A DNA stretch of 64,000 nt from Nitrospirota bacterium (GTDB lineage: Bacteria > Nitrospirota > UBA9217): assembly GCA_963737155.1 (NCBI GenBank), contig CAVTRN010000002.1:160001-224000 (forward strand), given 5' to 3'. Of this stretch, positions 51,722 through 61,789 are shown one piece after another (the first letter of the stretch is position 1; every line of letters begins with the position of its first letter). The notes under the pieces were generated by a model. It saw nothing but the letters and a program-made list of their open reading frames with translations, was not told the DNA's origin and did not search any database. A program made the translations under genes and the position numbers.

Positions 51722-52399
51722 ATGCGTTTCATCAATCGTATCATGCTCTCTGTTGCCCTGGCGGTCTTGTTTCAGGCTGTATTCACCATGCCGGTTCTTG
51801 CCGCTGACAAGCCTGCATTGACAATCGACAAGTCTCGAACCGCGCTTTTGATCATGGATTATCAAAACGATATCTTAAATTTCCTGCCGGAAAAAGATCG
51901 AGATCCGCTTCTGGACAAGGCAAACACCATACTGAAGGAAGCCCGCCGGGCGGGTATTCAGGTGATATACGTCGTTGTACGCTTTCGGGACGGGTACCCT
52001 GAGATAAATCCAATGAACAGGATGTTCAGCGGGCTGAAAAAAGCGGGATGGGTCCGTGAGGGGACCCCGGGGGCAGAGGTCCACGCGAAGGTAGCGCCGC
52101 AGCCGGGCGACATTGTAGTAACGAAGCGGCGCGTGGGCGCTTTTTCCACTACTGACTTGGAAACGGTCCTGCGCGCGAAGGGCATTGACACGCTTGTCTT
52201 GTTGGGTATATCGACGAGCGGCGTGGTCCTTTCCACTGTGCGGTGGGCCGCAGACATGGACTATCAACTCGTGGTCATCGGCGATGCCTGCGCCGACCTG
52301 GATCAAGAGGTCCACCGCGTGCTGACGGAAAAGGTCTTTCCCGGGCAGGCAATGGTCGTATCGACCCAGGATTTTTTGAAAGCTGTCCCAGGCAAGTAG
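51722..52399 (+). CDS. Isochorismatase-like hydrolase with a Sec signal peptide
   Basis: TALLIMDYQND, K.RVGAF..TDL and GISTSGVVLST motifs; N-terminal signal ending VLA. Confidence 0.9.
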   Translation: MRFINRIMLSVALAVLFQAVFTMPVLAADKPALTIDKSRTALLIMDYQNDILNFLPEKDRDPLLDKANTILKEARRAGIQVIYVVVRFRDGYPEINPMNRMFSGLKKAGWVREGTPGAEVHAKVAPQPGDIVVTKRRVGAFSTTDLETVLRAKGIDTLVLLGISTSGVVLSTVRWAADMDYQLVVIGDACADLDQEVHRVLTEKVFPGQAMVVSTQDFLKAVPGK

Positions 52400-53324
52400 C
52401 TCGGCCAGTAAGTTTGTAGCAAAGCAGAACGCGACGTAACGATTCCAACAACGCCGCCGAGCGGATCGTTAAAACCGCGCCCACGGCGGCGGTTCATTCG
52501 CCTGATTCAACCAGTATCATGCATAGATGTTTCGTCAACACGGATGCATGACTGTAGGGGATCTTTGCAGAGTGCGCGAGATTTTTTCCCAACATTTACA
52601 TCCTGTAGTCGTTGAAGTTGCTATCACTTGCAACCACACATGTTTCATCCGGAATTTTTACTTACTTTTCCAGAATCGGTTAATTCGATGTTTTTTTGTT
52701 CAAGAACTACGTTTGAACTTTCTCGCGATCAGCGGTTTCATGTGCTCTTCTTTCGGTTGTTTGTCTGCAAACAAATATACCAGAAGGAGAGCCTTCTTAC
52801 TCTGTAAAACCCGCCTTTCGATCAAATAAAAGCTCTAATCCCGTGACTTTTGCAAGAGGCTCATAGCAAAATCTAAAAAAAAGCTTTACACAAGATTGCA
52901 AATTGGATAAAATTACAGCATCATTAAGTGGAACGGAGTCTTTTCCTCGAAATAATTATTGGATTGAGGATTCATGCTGGCGGGAAATAGCGCTGAAATC
53001 TACTTCTATATTGAAGGCACAGGACAATGCGGTTTGCAGACCAAATTACTTTGCTGATCTTCATGCCTTGTTAAACAGATGATGTTCAGTAGTGTTTCGT
53101 CCCATCCGAATTCCCAAAATTTCTCCGCTTCACTATGCCGATTCTTGTCACGCCTCTGGAGTTCCTGCGTCCGAAAAAAATGTTTTGGAATTACGATTCG
53201 GCTCTGGTAATGTTCGATCCGAGATTCGCCGCACAACGCATTGTGTGAGAACCGCACATCATTTTATTGAAAGAGGCCGCGCGGGGAAGTCGCCTTCTGC
53301 CAAAGCGGGCTTCGAGGTAAAAAC

Positions 53325-54776
53325 ATGGCTTTTAAGATTTTTCACAAGATCCCCCAACTCAGACATCCCGAAACCCAGTCCAATCCTGGTCTTGATCCGA
53401 TGGTCCCGATGCTTCTCGTAGCTGCAGCCGTCGGCTGCATCGGTTCCCTTGCTGTTGAACTGTTCCGCACGGCGATGTACGCGATTGTCCGTCTCTATTC
53501 CTCGCAGGAACATCTGGTCGCGGCCGCACGCTCCTTGCCGGTATGGGCACGCGTTGCGGCGCCGACGATCGCCGGCATCGCAAGCGGACTGGGCATGTGG
53601 GCGGGCCACCGCTGGATCAAGCGGCCGCGGGGGCCGGAATACATGGAGGCGGTGCACGTGGGCGACGGAGTGCTGCCGCTCGGACCGAATCTCGTCCGGA
53701 CTGCTTCCTCGCTCCTTGGCGTGAGCGGCGGCATTACGATCGGTCGTGAAGGGACTATGATCCAGTTTGCGTCCGTGGCGTCCTCGCTTCTCGGGCGGAT
53801 CTTTCGTGCCGATGAATCTCACCGTAGGCTGATCGTTGCCTGCGGCGCCGCAGCCGGTTTTGCGGCCGCCTATCGTGCCCCGATCGCGGGCACCCTGTTC
53901 GTCGCTGAAATCATTCTCGGCGGACTGGCCCTCCGCGAAATAAGCGCCGTTCTTGTCGCAGCCGTGATTTCCCTGCTTACTACGCAGGCGTTCTTCGTTT
54001 CCGGTCCGCTCTATATTGCGCACGCCGTGCCACCGGTTGGGTTTAACGACCTCTTTGATGCAGCCCTCGTGGGGTTGGCGGCCGGCCTGTTCGGCCCCGT
54101 GTTTCTGTGGGTGCTCCATACGACAAACCGCGGCTATCAGTCGCTGTTCACCTTTTTGCCCATGCGCATGGGCTTGGCCGGGCTTGCTATCGGGATGTTG
54201 TCGGTTCTGAGTCCCGAGGTCTGGGGCAACGGTTTCAGTGTGATGCAGTCCTTCCTGTCAACGCATTGGGCATTGGACGCGGTAGTGGCAGTGTTCCTTC
54301 TGCGGCTGATCGCCGTAATATATGCCAGTGCTGCAGGCATTCCCGGCGGTGTGCTCACCCCGACCCTGGTGACCGGCGCCGCCATGGGATTGCTCATTGG
54401 GAACACGATGCTGTCACCGTCGGCAGACCATTCCCAGACGCTCTGGATCCTGGTCGGCGCGGGTAGCCTGCTTGCGGCAACCACCCATGCCCCCGCGATG
54501 TCCGCCATCATGGTTTTCGAGACGACGCACAACTACAATGTGGTGCTCGCAGCCCTGCCTGCGTGCGTCATCGCCTCCGTTGTCGCAAGTCTGCTGCGTC
54601 ACCAGTCAGTCTACACAGAAGCTCTGGGTTTGGAGGAACACGGTCTTGCCGCCTCCGCCGCTAAGCGCAGGACAATATTACCCAGCGCTGCACCGTTTCA
54701 CCTGAGGTCCTCTGCGGTCGAAGGAAAAGACGGCGAGCAGACAGAGGAAGGCGAGCAGACAGAGGACACTGATTAG
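53325..54776 (+). CDS. ClC-family (ClcB-like) chloride channel/transporter
   Basis: IGREG, CGAAAG..AAY.APIAG..F..E, PEVWGNG, G.PGGV.TP and HAP..AI.M.FE.T motifs. Confidence 0.92.
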   Translation: MAFKIFHKIPQLRHPETQSNPGLDPMVPMLLVAAAVGCIGSLAVELFRTAMYAIVRLYSSQEHLVAAARSLPVWARVAAPTIAGIASGLGMWAGHRWIKRPRGPEYMEAVHVGDGVLPLGPNLVRTASSLLGVSGGITIGREGTMIQFASVASSLLGRIFRADESHRRLIVACGAAAGFAAAYRAPIAGTLFVAEIILGGLALREISAVLVAAVISLLTTQAFFVSGPLYIAHAVPPVGFNDLFDAALVGLAAGLFGPVFLWVLHTTNRGYQSLFTFLPMRMGLAGLAIGMLSVLSPEVWGNGFSVMQSFLSTHWALDAVVAVFLLRLIAVIYASAAGIPGGVLTPTLVTGAAMGLLIGNTMLSPSADHSQTLWILVGAGSLLAATTHAPAMSAIMVFETTHNYNVVLAALPACVIASVVASLLRHQSVYTEALGLEEHGLAASAAKRRTILPSAAPFHLRSSAVEGKDGEQTEEGEQTEDTD

Positions 54777-54941
54777 GCTCCTGCAAACAGATGAGGTTTT
54801 CCCAGTCCGCACGAAAGACCTGCAAAGCCGAACGCAGCATCAGCCCGCGCTAAAAGCTTCATGCGGACAGCCTTGGTCAGGGCAGCCGACACTTCCGCCC
54901 TGCTAATGACCGCCGTCCCTGTGTCGGTCACAGGTTTTATG

Positions 54942-55409
54942 TTACAATTTAACCTTGAGTTTCTCCAGGATCTGGAGTGTTTTACTGTCGTGTTCTCCAT
55001 GGAAATACTTATCGAGAACAAGGACAAACGGGGAGCCCGGATCGGATACAAACGCAAAAAGCGTCATCGATGATTTAAGCTTAAAGTCGTCAGGGTATCC
55101 AAATATTTCCGAAACAGATCGTCCCTTAATGGACAAAACTGTTTCCGTGCATTCTGTCAACCTGGAACCCAGAATAGGGTGGTCCAGGTATTTTCGAGCT
55201 TCTTCTATGCTTTTTATTGTGTAGTATTGTGTAGTTGGACTGTGTCCCAACCCATCGATCTGCGGGAATATGAACCACATCCAATGCGTTCGTTTCGTTC
55301 CGCTTTTTAACTCTGCGAGAACATCTTTATAAACTTCGTCTTGTGCATTTACGAAGCGACTCAAGCCAAAAGGGTCTTCACGGCAGATCGTATCATTTGC
55401 TTTAAACAT
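54942..55409 (-). CDS. DUF1810 (Rv1873-like) protein
   Basis: L.RFV.AQ..VY..V.AEL..G.KR.HWMWFIFPQ..GLG.S...PDD.KL.SSMTLF pattern. Confidence 0.93.
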   Translation of the reverse strand: MFKANDTICREDPFGLSRFVNAQDEVYKDVLAELKSGTKRTHWMWFIFPQIDGLGHSPTTQYYTIKSIEEARKYLDHPILGSRLTECTETVLSIKGRSVSEIFGYPDDFKLKSSMTLFAFVSDPGSPFVLVLDKYFHGEHDSKTLQILEKLKVKL

Positions 55410-55462
55410 AGCTATCTCCAATTTGCTTCATTCTTATTTACTTGAGAGTACCGTGTTCTCGG

Positions 55463-55786
55463 TCATTTTATCTGACTTTGGTTGTCTAAATCCATTTTTA
55501 TCTTTGAGTGCTCGATAGCAAGCGCGATCCACTTTTCGACCAACTTTTTAAACTTATTGTAAGTCTTGATTTGTTCTTTTATCTCAGCGACATGGTGCGC
55601 TCTGACATAGTTGGTCTTGCTTTTCATCTTGTGAGTATAGCTGAGTTGATAGAACTCCCATTTCTTTTCCTCGGCGTTCCGGTACTGCTTGGTCAGTGAA
55701 CCGGGCCGCAACTCTCCGATTCCCATCAGCTCCCGTTTGATTCCCTCAATCTGTTGTCCAATCCTCACAAGTCTTTTGTCCGTCAT
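55463..55786 (-). CDS. DUF6788-like small IS-associated protein
   Basis: LRPGSL..QY......YQLSYT...K..T.YV pattern and GAGGAG RBS. Confidence 0.75.
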   Translation of the reverse strand: MTDKRLVRIGQQIEGIKRELMGIGELRPGSLTKQYRNAEEKKWEFYQLSYTHKMKSKTNYVRAHHVAEIKEQIKTYNKFKKLVEKWIALAIEHSKIKMDLDNQSQIK

Positions 55787-55899
55787 AACGGCTCCTCTTC
55801 GCCTATTTTACCAGATTGCGACCTGCATGCAATGCTTTCTATCATAGTTATAGCATATATATGCTATGAAAACATAAATTCATTGTGCAGGAGGTGGTC

Positions 55900-57293
55900 A
55901 TGGACCTTTGGCTTCGATGGATGACGGTTGTGCGGGAGTTGCGGCCTGCCTGTTCACGCATGAGGACGTTTCTGTGGCTGTCGCTATGCCTTGTCGGTAT
56001 GTGTATTCGGCCGAATCTTGCCGGCGTCACCAGCATCGTAAGAGCCATCGGCCTTCAAGTAGTCTTGTATGACAAGCTCCTCGACTTCTTCCATTCACCG
56101 GCGCTCGATATTGACGCGCTTATCCGCCTAGGGGCCAATACCGTGGTCGGCATATGTTCTGGAGTCATGAAGAAAAACGACCGGTTGCTGCTCGTTGGAG
56201 ATGGATTGAAGGCGCCAAAGTCTGGCAAAAAGGTGCCCGCTGTTAAGCTCCTCCATCAGGAATCGGATTCCAATACCAAGCCGGAGTATATCATGGGGCA
56301 TGCCACGCAAGCGGTCGCAATCTTAGTCGGCGCGCTCAGGACCGTATTCGCCGTCCCTCTTAAAAGCCGTATCCATGAGGGAGTTGTCTTTTCCAACAGG
56401 AACAAGCTCACCCTGCTTGATAAGATGGTCCTGATGACCGAGGCTCTCGATCTTCCAGCGTTTTACTTTATCGCCGACTCGTATTATTCCGCGCGGAAGG
56501 TTATAGCCGCGCTTCTTCAGAAGGGCAACCACCTCGTCTCTCAGGTGAGGATGAATGCCGTTGCCTATATGCCGGCTGGTGCGCATGCGGGCACGAGAAG
56601 GAAAAGACGGCCAAAGGTGTATGGAAAGAAGGTAATACTGAGAACCCTTTTTGACGACCCTGCTGCCATGTGCGAGGCGGAAAGCCCGGTCTATGGAGAG
56701 AAAAAAGTTTTGTTGAAGTATCGCTGTGCTGATCTTCTGTTTAAAAGAATCGGCATCAGTGTGCGGTTCGTAGCCGTGAATCATCCAAACCGGGGACGGT
56801 GCATCCTGCTTTCCACAGACCTGTTCTTGTCACCTCTTGAGTTTATCGCCCTGTACGGTCTCCGCTTTAAAATTGAGGTCTCGTTCAAGCAGGCTGTCAG
56901 GACAATTGGCGCGTATGCCTATCACTTCTGGATGAAAAACATGACGCCGATTCGAAAATCCTCTGGCGATCAGTATCTCCATAGAAAGACCGATGCATAC
57001 CGAACTGCGGTCAGAAGAAAACTCGATGCCTACCACAGGTTTATTCAGATCGGGCTTATCGCCCAAGGGCTTCTTCAATATCTTTTGATCTGTGTCCCCG
57101 AACTTGTATGGGCCAAGTTCGGCTCCTGGCTCCGCACCATTCGCCCTGGCATTCTCCCTACGGTTACGTCCCTCAACTGAGCAACTTGTTACCGGAAATT
57201 CTGCTAAGTTCATCCAAAGAGGCTGCCTTCACGATATTCCTGTCCGAAAGAATCGATTTCAAGTTAAACAATCCCTTGGGAAAGGTGGCGTAG
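55900..57293 (+). pseudogene. IS4/IS701-like DDE transposase with a C-terminal frameshift
   Basis: VGDG.K..K.GKK.P.V, ADSYY and LSTD.......I..Y..RF.IE..FK motifs. The frame breaks near 57165. Confidence 0.82.
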
Positions 57294-57749
57294 ATGGGTT
57301 TGAAGGGGACAAAACCGTTCTCTCAAGTTGCAGAAAGCGCAAAAAAGGCGATCGGCCTTTAGTATTACCGCTTTTTGTGACAGAAATAGAATCTCTACGT
57401 GATACTTCCGTGACCTTCTTATATGTATACATGTTATAATGTATTCATGATCAGACCCATCCAAGATAAATTTTCAACTTGCTCGCATTAGATAGCATTT
57501 TGATTTTAAGGTCATATAGCGCTACAATTTTTAAAGTTGAAATTGCCAATTATTGAGCTTTATAAGCACTTTTATAGACAATTCGCCGGCAGAAGCGTTA
57601 CTCTTTTCTCTTGGACAGCATATTATGGTTATGGGAACCTCGTTCCGATATCGTAGTGTTGTCATCGAAAAGTCAATATGTTAGCCCGTCCAAAATGCTA
57701 TTTTTCACTTATCTTGGACATTAGTGATTCATGATATAGAAAAAAAGCA

Positions 57750-57835
57750 ACCTTACGGAGTTAAGGTGCAGTAAATAGGAATTAAATGAAAAAGGAGGTG
57801 ATATAAAAAGAAAATCAATCTTACGAAGTTAAGGT
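57750..57835. promoter_or_regulatory. Duplicated palindromic operator-like motif
   Basis: ACCTTA-cggagt-TAAGGT (57750-57767) and ATCTTA-cgaagt-TAAGGT (57818-57835), upstream of the Met-rich gene. Confidence 0.55.
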
Positions 57836-57934
57836 TTGGAAAATTGTCAGTGGGTCTTAAATTTTTTCCATCTATTATGGCGGGTATCTAAAAACAAGTT
57901 TTAAATTCAGTAACCAATCAAAGGAGGATTTACA

Positions 57935-58414
57935 ATGAAAAAGACATTTGCATTAGTTACAGCCGTTATCTCCTTCACAGTCCTGATGCTCTCTATCGGG
58001 GTCAATGTAGCTCAAGCGCAAGGAAATGGTGTAACGGTTTTTCCAAAAGAGGAGGAAGAAGTGATGACTAAGTCATGCAATATGGTCATGGATAAGGGGC
58101 AGATGATACATGACGCGGGCATGATGATGAAAAAAGGCACGATGGATAATGCCACGATGATGAAACAGGGTGACATGATGATGACAGAGGGCGACAGGAT
58201 GATGAAAGAGGGCGACGTTATGTCAAAACAGGGCAATATGTTGATGAACAACGGAAAGATGATGATGAAGAACGGGAAGATGATGATGGAAGGTAAAATG
58301 GATAAAGCTATGATGATGAAAGAGGGCGATAAGATGGTGAAAGCAGGCAGTAAGACGAAAGAGGCAGGCAAGAATGGCATTACGATTTTTACTGGCACGG
58401 CACCAACTGATTAG
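57935..58414 (+). CDS. Secreted methionine-rich heptad-repeat protein
   Basis: AAGGAGG RBS, signal peptide ending AQA, and repeated MMxxGxM heptads. Confidence 0.85.
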   Translation: MKKTFALVTAVISFTVLMLSIGVNVAQAQGNGVTVFPKEEEEVMTKSCNMVMDKGQMIHDAGMMMKKGTMDNATMMKQGDMMMTEGDRMMKEGDVMSKQGNMLMNNGKMMMKNGKMMMEGKMDKAMMMKEGDKMVKAGSKTKEAGKNGITIFTGTAPTD

Positions 58415-58914
58415 CAGCCTCTCAAGTTCATCAATGGAAAGTTATTTCGTTCATTTCCTGACGGAGCTAAAAGGTCTTCATTCTGTAAGTATGGATGTAA
58501 AAAAATGATAGACTAACAAAGGGTCTCCTGGAAATACAGGTCTTCGGGACCTAGACTCGCAGGATATGAAGGAAGAAACGGTGTCATGATTACAACGCAT
58601 TGAGATATACAAGAGAGCCTTTTGGTCCCTTTCGAAAGGCTCGCTTTTTTTACCATGCTTCTTCACTTTTTTACTACCCAGTTGGCAACGAGAATCTGCA
58701 CGATCTACTTACGCTTCGTCGGCGTTTTTTCCCTCTGGCCGAACAACCGCAGGATTCCCGTTTCTTGAGTTCTGTCATGATCTTGACACATAATGTTTTG
58801 ACTGGTAATCGTTGGAGTTTCAATCTATCCAAACCTGCGTACTTGTAGGTGAATCAGATATTCATATAATATTAGCGAGGGTGCAGAATTCATTTTGTAT
58901 CATGATAATCATAT

Positions 58915-59390
58915 AAAGGGCACCTCCGAGCATACCAGAATATTTTACATTCTGATGTGCTCTTGGAAAGAAACGCCAATTCCATTCCAGGAGGTGCTTT
59001 ATGAGATTGTGCCTAGGTATCGATCTACATTTAAGTAATAGTTATTCGGGTATCATCGATGAAAATGGCAAGAGAGTGTTCAAGAGGAAGCTGCCGAATG
59101 ATCCGGAGAAGTTTCTGGATGCATGGATCAAACGAACGATGTATTCCCGGATCGAACCCATGAAAAAGGTAGCCCGAACGCTCCGAGATCACAAAGATCT
59201 GGTGTTGAACTGGTTTCGGGCAAAAGGGGCTGTATCCGGTGGTATGGTCGAGGGCTTAAACCTCAAAGCGAAATTGACTATGAGAAAAGCATATGGTTCT
59301 CGGAACGTAGAAACGCTACAAGTAGCTTTATATTATACACTTGGTAAGCTACTGGAACCGAAAATCTGGCACATATTCTGCTGAGGAGCC
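58915..59390 (+). pseudogene. Chimeric IS remnant: IS110 5' end fused to ISL3 3' end
   Basis: ORF 59001-59384 begins LGIDLH.SNSY..IIDENGKR (IS110) and continues SRIEPMKKVARTLR.H...LNWF...EGLN.KAK...RKAYG.R (ISL3), ending at an ISL3-type terminus ...GAGGAGCC. Confidence 0.82.
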
Positions 59391-59588
59391 GAAAATCCTC
59401 ATCGGTAACGACAACCGGGAAGATAAAAAGATGATATAATATGATGGAGAAAATGTCATGAGGCATTGGAAGCTGGGGAAGCGTTTGAAAGTCTACTTAT
59501 GGTCGACAGAAATACTCCGGGCATGTTACTATCAGACACCCTTATGCCCATGATGAATTTCTTCGAATTTTCTGGAAGGTGATTACTG

Positions 59589-60176
59589 ATGCGATCATTC
59601 ATGATCTATGTGACGGTTTTGCTCTTTGCATCCGTTCTGTATGCCGGTGAGACACAGTTTACCGTCCCCATCGATGATTCGCCGACAACCGGTCCCGTAA
59701 GCGCGCCGGTGACCATCATCGAGTTCCTCGATTTCCAATGACCACATTGCGTGGCGGCCGGTCCGACCGTCAAAAAGATCATGGATGTTTACAAAGGAAA
59801 AGTGAGACTCGTTATCAAAAACTATCCTTATATCTACCGTGATTATTCCTATCTTGCCGCAGAGGCATCGCTTGCGGCGCGGGATCAGGGTAAATACTGG
59901 GAGATGCATGACCTGCTGCTGAAAAGTTCGCCAAAGCTCGATCGGGACAGTCTTGTCAAGTATGCGCGGGAGCTGGGACTTGATGTGCAAAAATTCACTG
60001 AGGCCGTCGACGGTAATAAACACTTAGCAGAAATCGAGCGCGACGAGAAACTCGCAGTTGACATGGACTTGTTCAATACGCCGACGTTTTTCATCAACGG
60101 CCGCAAGGTTATAGGAGAGCGGCCTTTCACATATTTCAAGAAAATCATCGACGAGGAATTGAGCGTTCCACGGTAA
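59589..60176 (+). CDS. DsbA/thioredoxin-fold selenoprotein (UxxC active site), exported
   Basis: Signal peptide, then G...APVTIIEFLDFQ-[TGA 59739-59741]-PHC...Y.GKVRLVIKNYP...QGKYWEMHD.L...TPTFFING. The TGA occupies the first Cys position, and a SECIS-like hairpin lies at 59753-59771. Confidence 0.85.
59753..59771 (+). promoter_or_regulatory. Putative bacterial SECIS element
   Basis: GGCGGcCG-GUC-CGaCCGUC stem-loop starting 11 nt after the in-frame UGA, with a G-containing apical loop. Confidence 0.6.
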
Positions 60177-61298
60177 ATGAAAGTTTTCAGCTCAGCGTTC
60201 ATTATCGGAAAAAATAATCTCAGGGAATCTCCCATGCTGCCACGATTGATCGTGTTAACAGGAATATCGCTTTTCGTTATTACGTTTAATACTGCAGTGG
60301 CCGGCAACTTCGAACCGTTCGTGTCCGTTCCTGTCCCAGAGCAGAATCCCCAAACGTCAGACAAAATCGAGCTCGGCAAGATGCTTTTTTTCGATCGGCG
60401 CCTCTCGGGAGACGGCACCATGAACTGCGCGACCTGCCATGACCCCGAAAAAGCTTTTACCGACGGTCTCGATATATCCCTCAGCTATCCCACGACGAAA
60501 AACTGGAGAAACTCGCCGACGCTCGTTAACGTGGCCTTCCAGAAGTATCTTTTCTACGACGGCCGCGCGTTGAGCCTTGAGGACCAGGCGCTTTTCCCCA
60601 TGATGTCCGCTTTCGAGATGAATCGAAATCTTGACTTTTTAGAGGAAGTAATCCGCTCGGTGCCCGAGTATGTCAACGCCTTTAAAAAGGTGTTCAATGG
60701 AGAGCCGACGCGTGAAAGGATTGCCATGGCCATAGCCTCCTTTGAGCGTACGATCATATCCGTGAATACGCCACTTGACCGTTATTTGAAAGGTGATAAA
60801 AACGCGCTTTCCGATGACGCCAAGAAAGGGCTTGTGATTTTTATGGGAAAAGGCCGGTGCGGGGAATGCCACTACGGAGTAAACCTGTGTGATGATAAAT
60901 TTCATGCTCTGGGTGTGCCGGAGAACCCGGAACACCTGTCGGACCCCCAGATAGCCGTAACGCGCCGGTTTGTTGCCAAAATTAATCGTTATGAAGAATA
61001 TCGCACTCTGGCGGAGGATCTAGGCAGATACCTGGTAACGAAGGACAAGAAAGACTGGAAGGCCTTCAGGACGCCGACGCTTCGAGAGGTAGGAAAGACC
61101 GCCCCCTATATGCATAACGGAATTTTCTCGACGCTCGACGAGGTGATCGAATTCTTTGACAGAGGAGGTGGCAAGGACAACACTGTGCTTAAGCCTCTGG
61201 GGTTGACGGATAAGGAAAAAAAATATCTTAAAACATTCCTTGTCGAAGGACTGGCAGGCTTGACGGAGAAATATCATTACCCTAGGGTGCCGCAATAA
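60177..61298 (+). CDS. Diheme cytochrome c peroxidase / MauG-family protein
   Basis: LG..LFFD.RLS, CATCH, NSPT, F(Y)DGRA, CGECH and FRTPTLR....APYMHNG motifs. Alternative start at 60234. Confidence 0.94.
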   Translation: MKVFSSAFIIGKNNLRESPMLPRLIVLTGISLFVITFNTAVAGNFEPFVSVPVPEQNPQTSDKIELGKMLFFDRRLSGDGTMNCATCHDPEKAFTDGLDISLSYPTTKNWRNSPTLVNVAFQKYLFYDGRALSLEDQALFPMMSAFEMNRNLDFLEEVIRSVPEYVNAFKKVFNGEPTRERIAMAIASFERTIISVNTPLDRYLKGDKNALSDDAKKGLVIFMGKGRCGECHYGVNLCDDKFHALGVPENPEHLSDPQIAVTRRFVAKINRYEEYRTLAEDLGRYLVTKDKKDWKAFRTPTLREVGKTAPYMHNGIFSTLDEVIEFFDRGGGKDNTVLKPLGLTDKEKKYLKTFLVEGLAGLTEKYHYPRVPQ

Positions 61299-61789
61299 CA
61301 GGACAAAAAGTATTCGACGGTTTCATAAACATATCCCGAAGCAATGTGTTGTTCAAACTCCAGATTGACCTCCATGTTATGTCTTTGCCCCGATTTCTAA
61401 TTATCAAAAAAAGATAATCATATAATAACGATAATCGGCTCTTTCGCTGAATCTGGGCCACTAAAAGAAGGATAAGTACAAAAGACTTAGAAGAGGAAGT
61501 TAACTTTTTTTGATGACTGTATCACAAGGTGCAGAATGCAAAAAGTTATTTTCATAGCGAAAGTACAGAAATTTCACTTCTCCACTTTCCTTACTTTAAA
61601 ATGCCTGATATAATCCGTCAATGAAACCACCTCCCGATAACCCCCATCCTTTTTTTATCCCGTTTCAAGTATATGCCAAAGATATCTATCTTACCAATAC
61701 CGACGCAAAGCTTTATTTCAGTCCAATTATCTCTGTAGCACCATGTCTCAGAATGGGTATTCCGGGAACACAATAAGGAGAATCATGGT

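Larger units (their letters stand above)
55440..57328. mobile_element. IS4/IS701-like element carrying a divergent DUF6788-like gene
   Basis: Imperfect terminal inverted repeats ACTTGAGAGTACCGT (55440-55454) and ACCGTTCTCTCAAGT (57314-57328), 13/15 identical. No clear target duplication. Confidence 0.55.

Noticed and set aside
52443-52500. attC-like integron site after the isochorismatase gene
   Set aside because: Only a CCAAC...GC-rich half is present; there is no matching GTTRRRY end, no array and no intI.
52530-52862. IS end TTTTGCAAGAGGCTC resembling the IS1182 inverted repeat
   Set aside because: Probably a real remnant, but no partner end or confidently assignable transposase frame was found.
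53200-53320. Fluoride riboswitch before the ClC gene
   Set aside because: Only scattered GGTAATG/TTCGCC/AACCGC pieces occur, spacing and the 3' GCTRATGAC part do not fit, and the protein has GREG without the CLC-F GNNLI motif.
54730-54768. 18-bp tandem duplication at the ClC C-terminus (GEQTEE GEQTED)
   Set aside because: Only two copies in a disordered tail; no evidence of function.
59420-59575. Receiver-domain-like fragment (…MLLSDTLMPMM…) upstream of the selenoprotein
   Set aside because: Too short and broken to call confidently.
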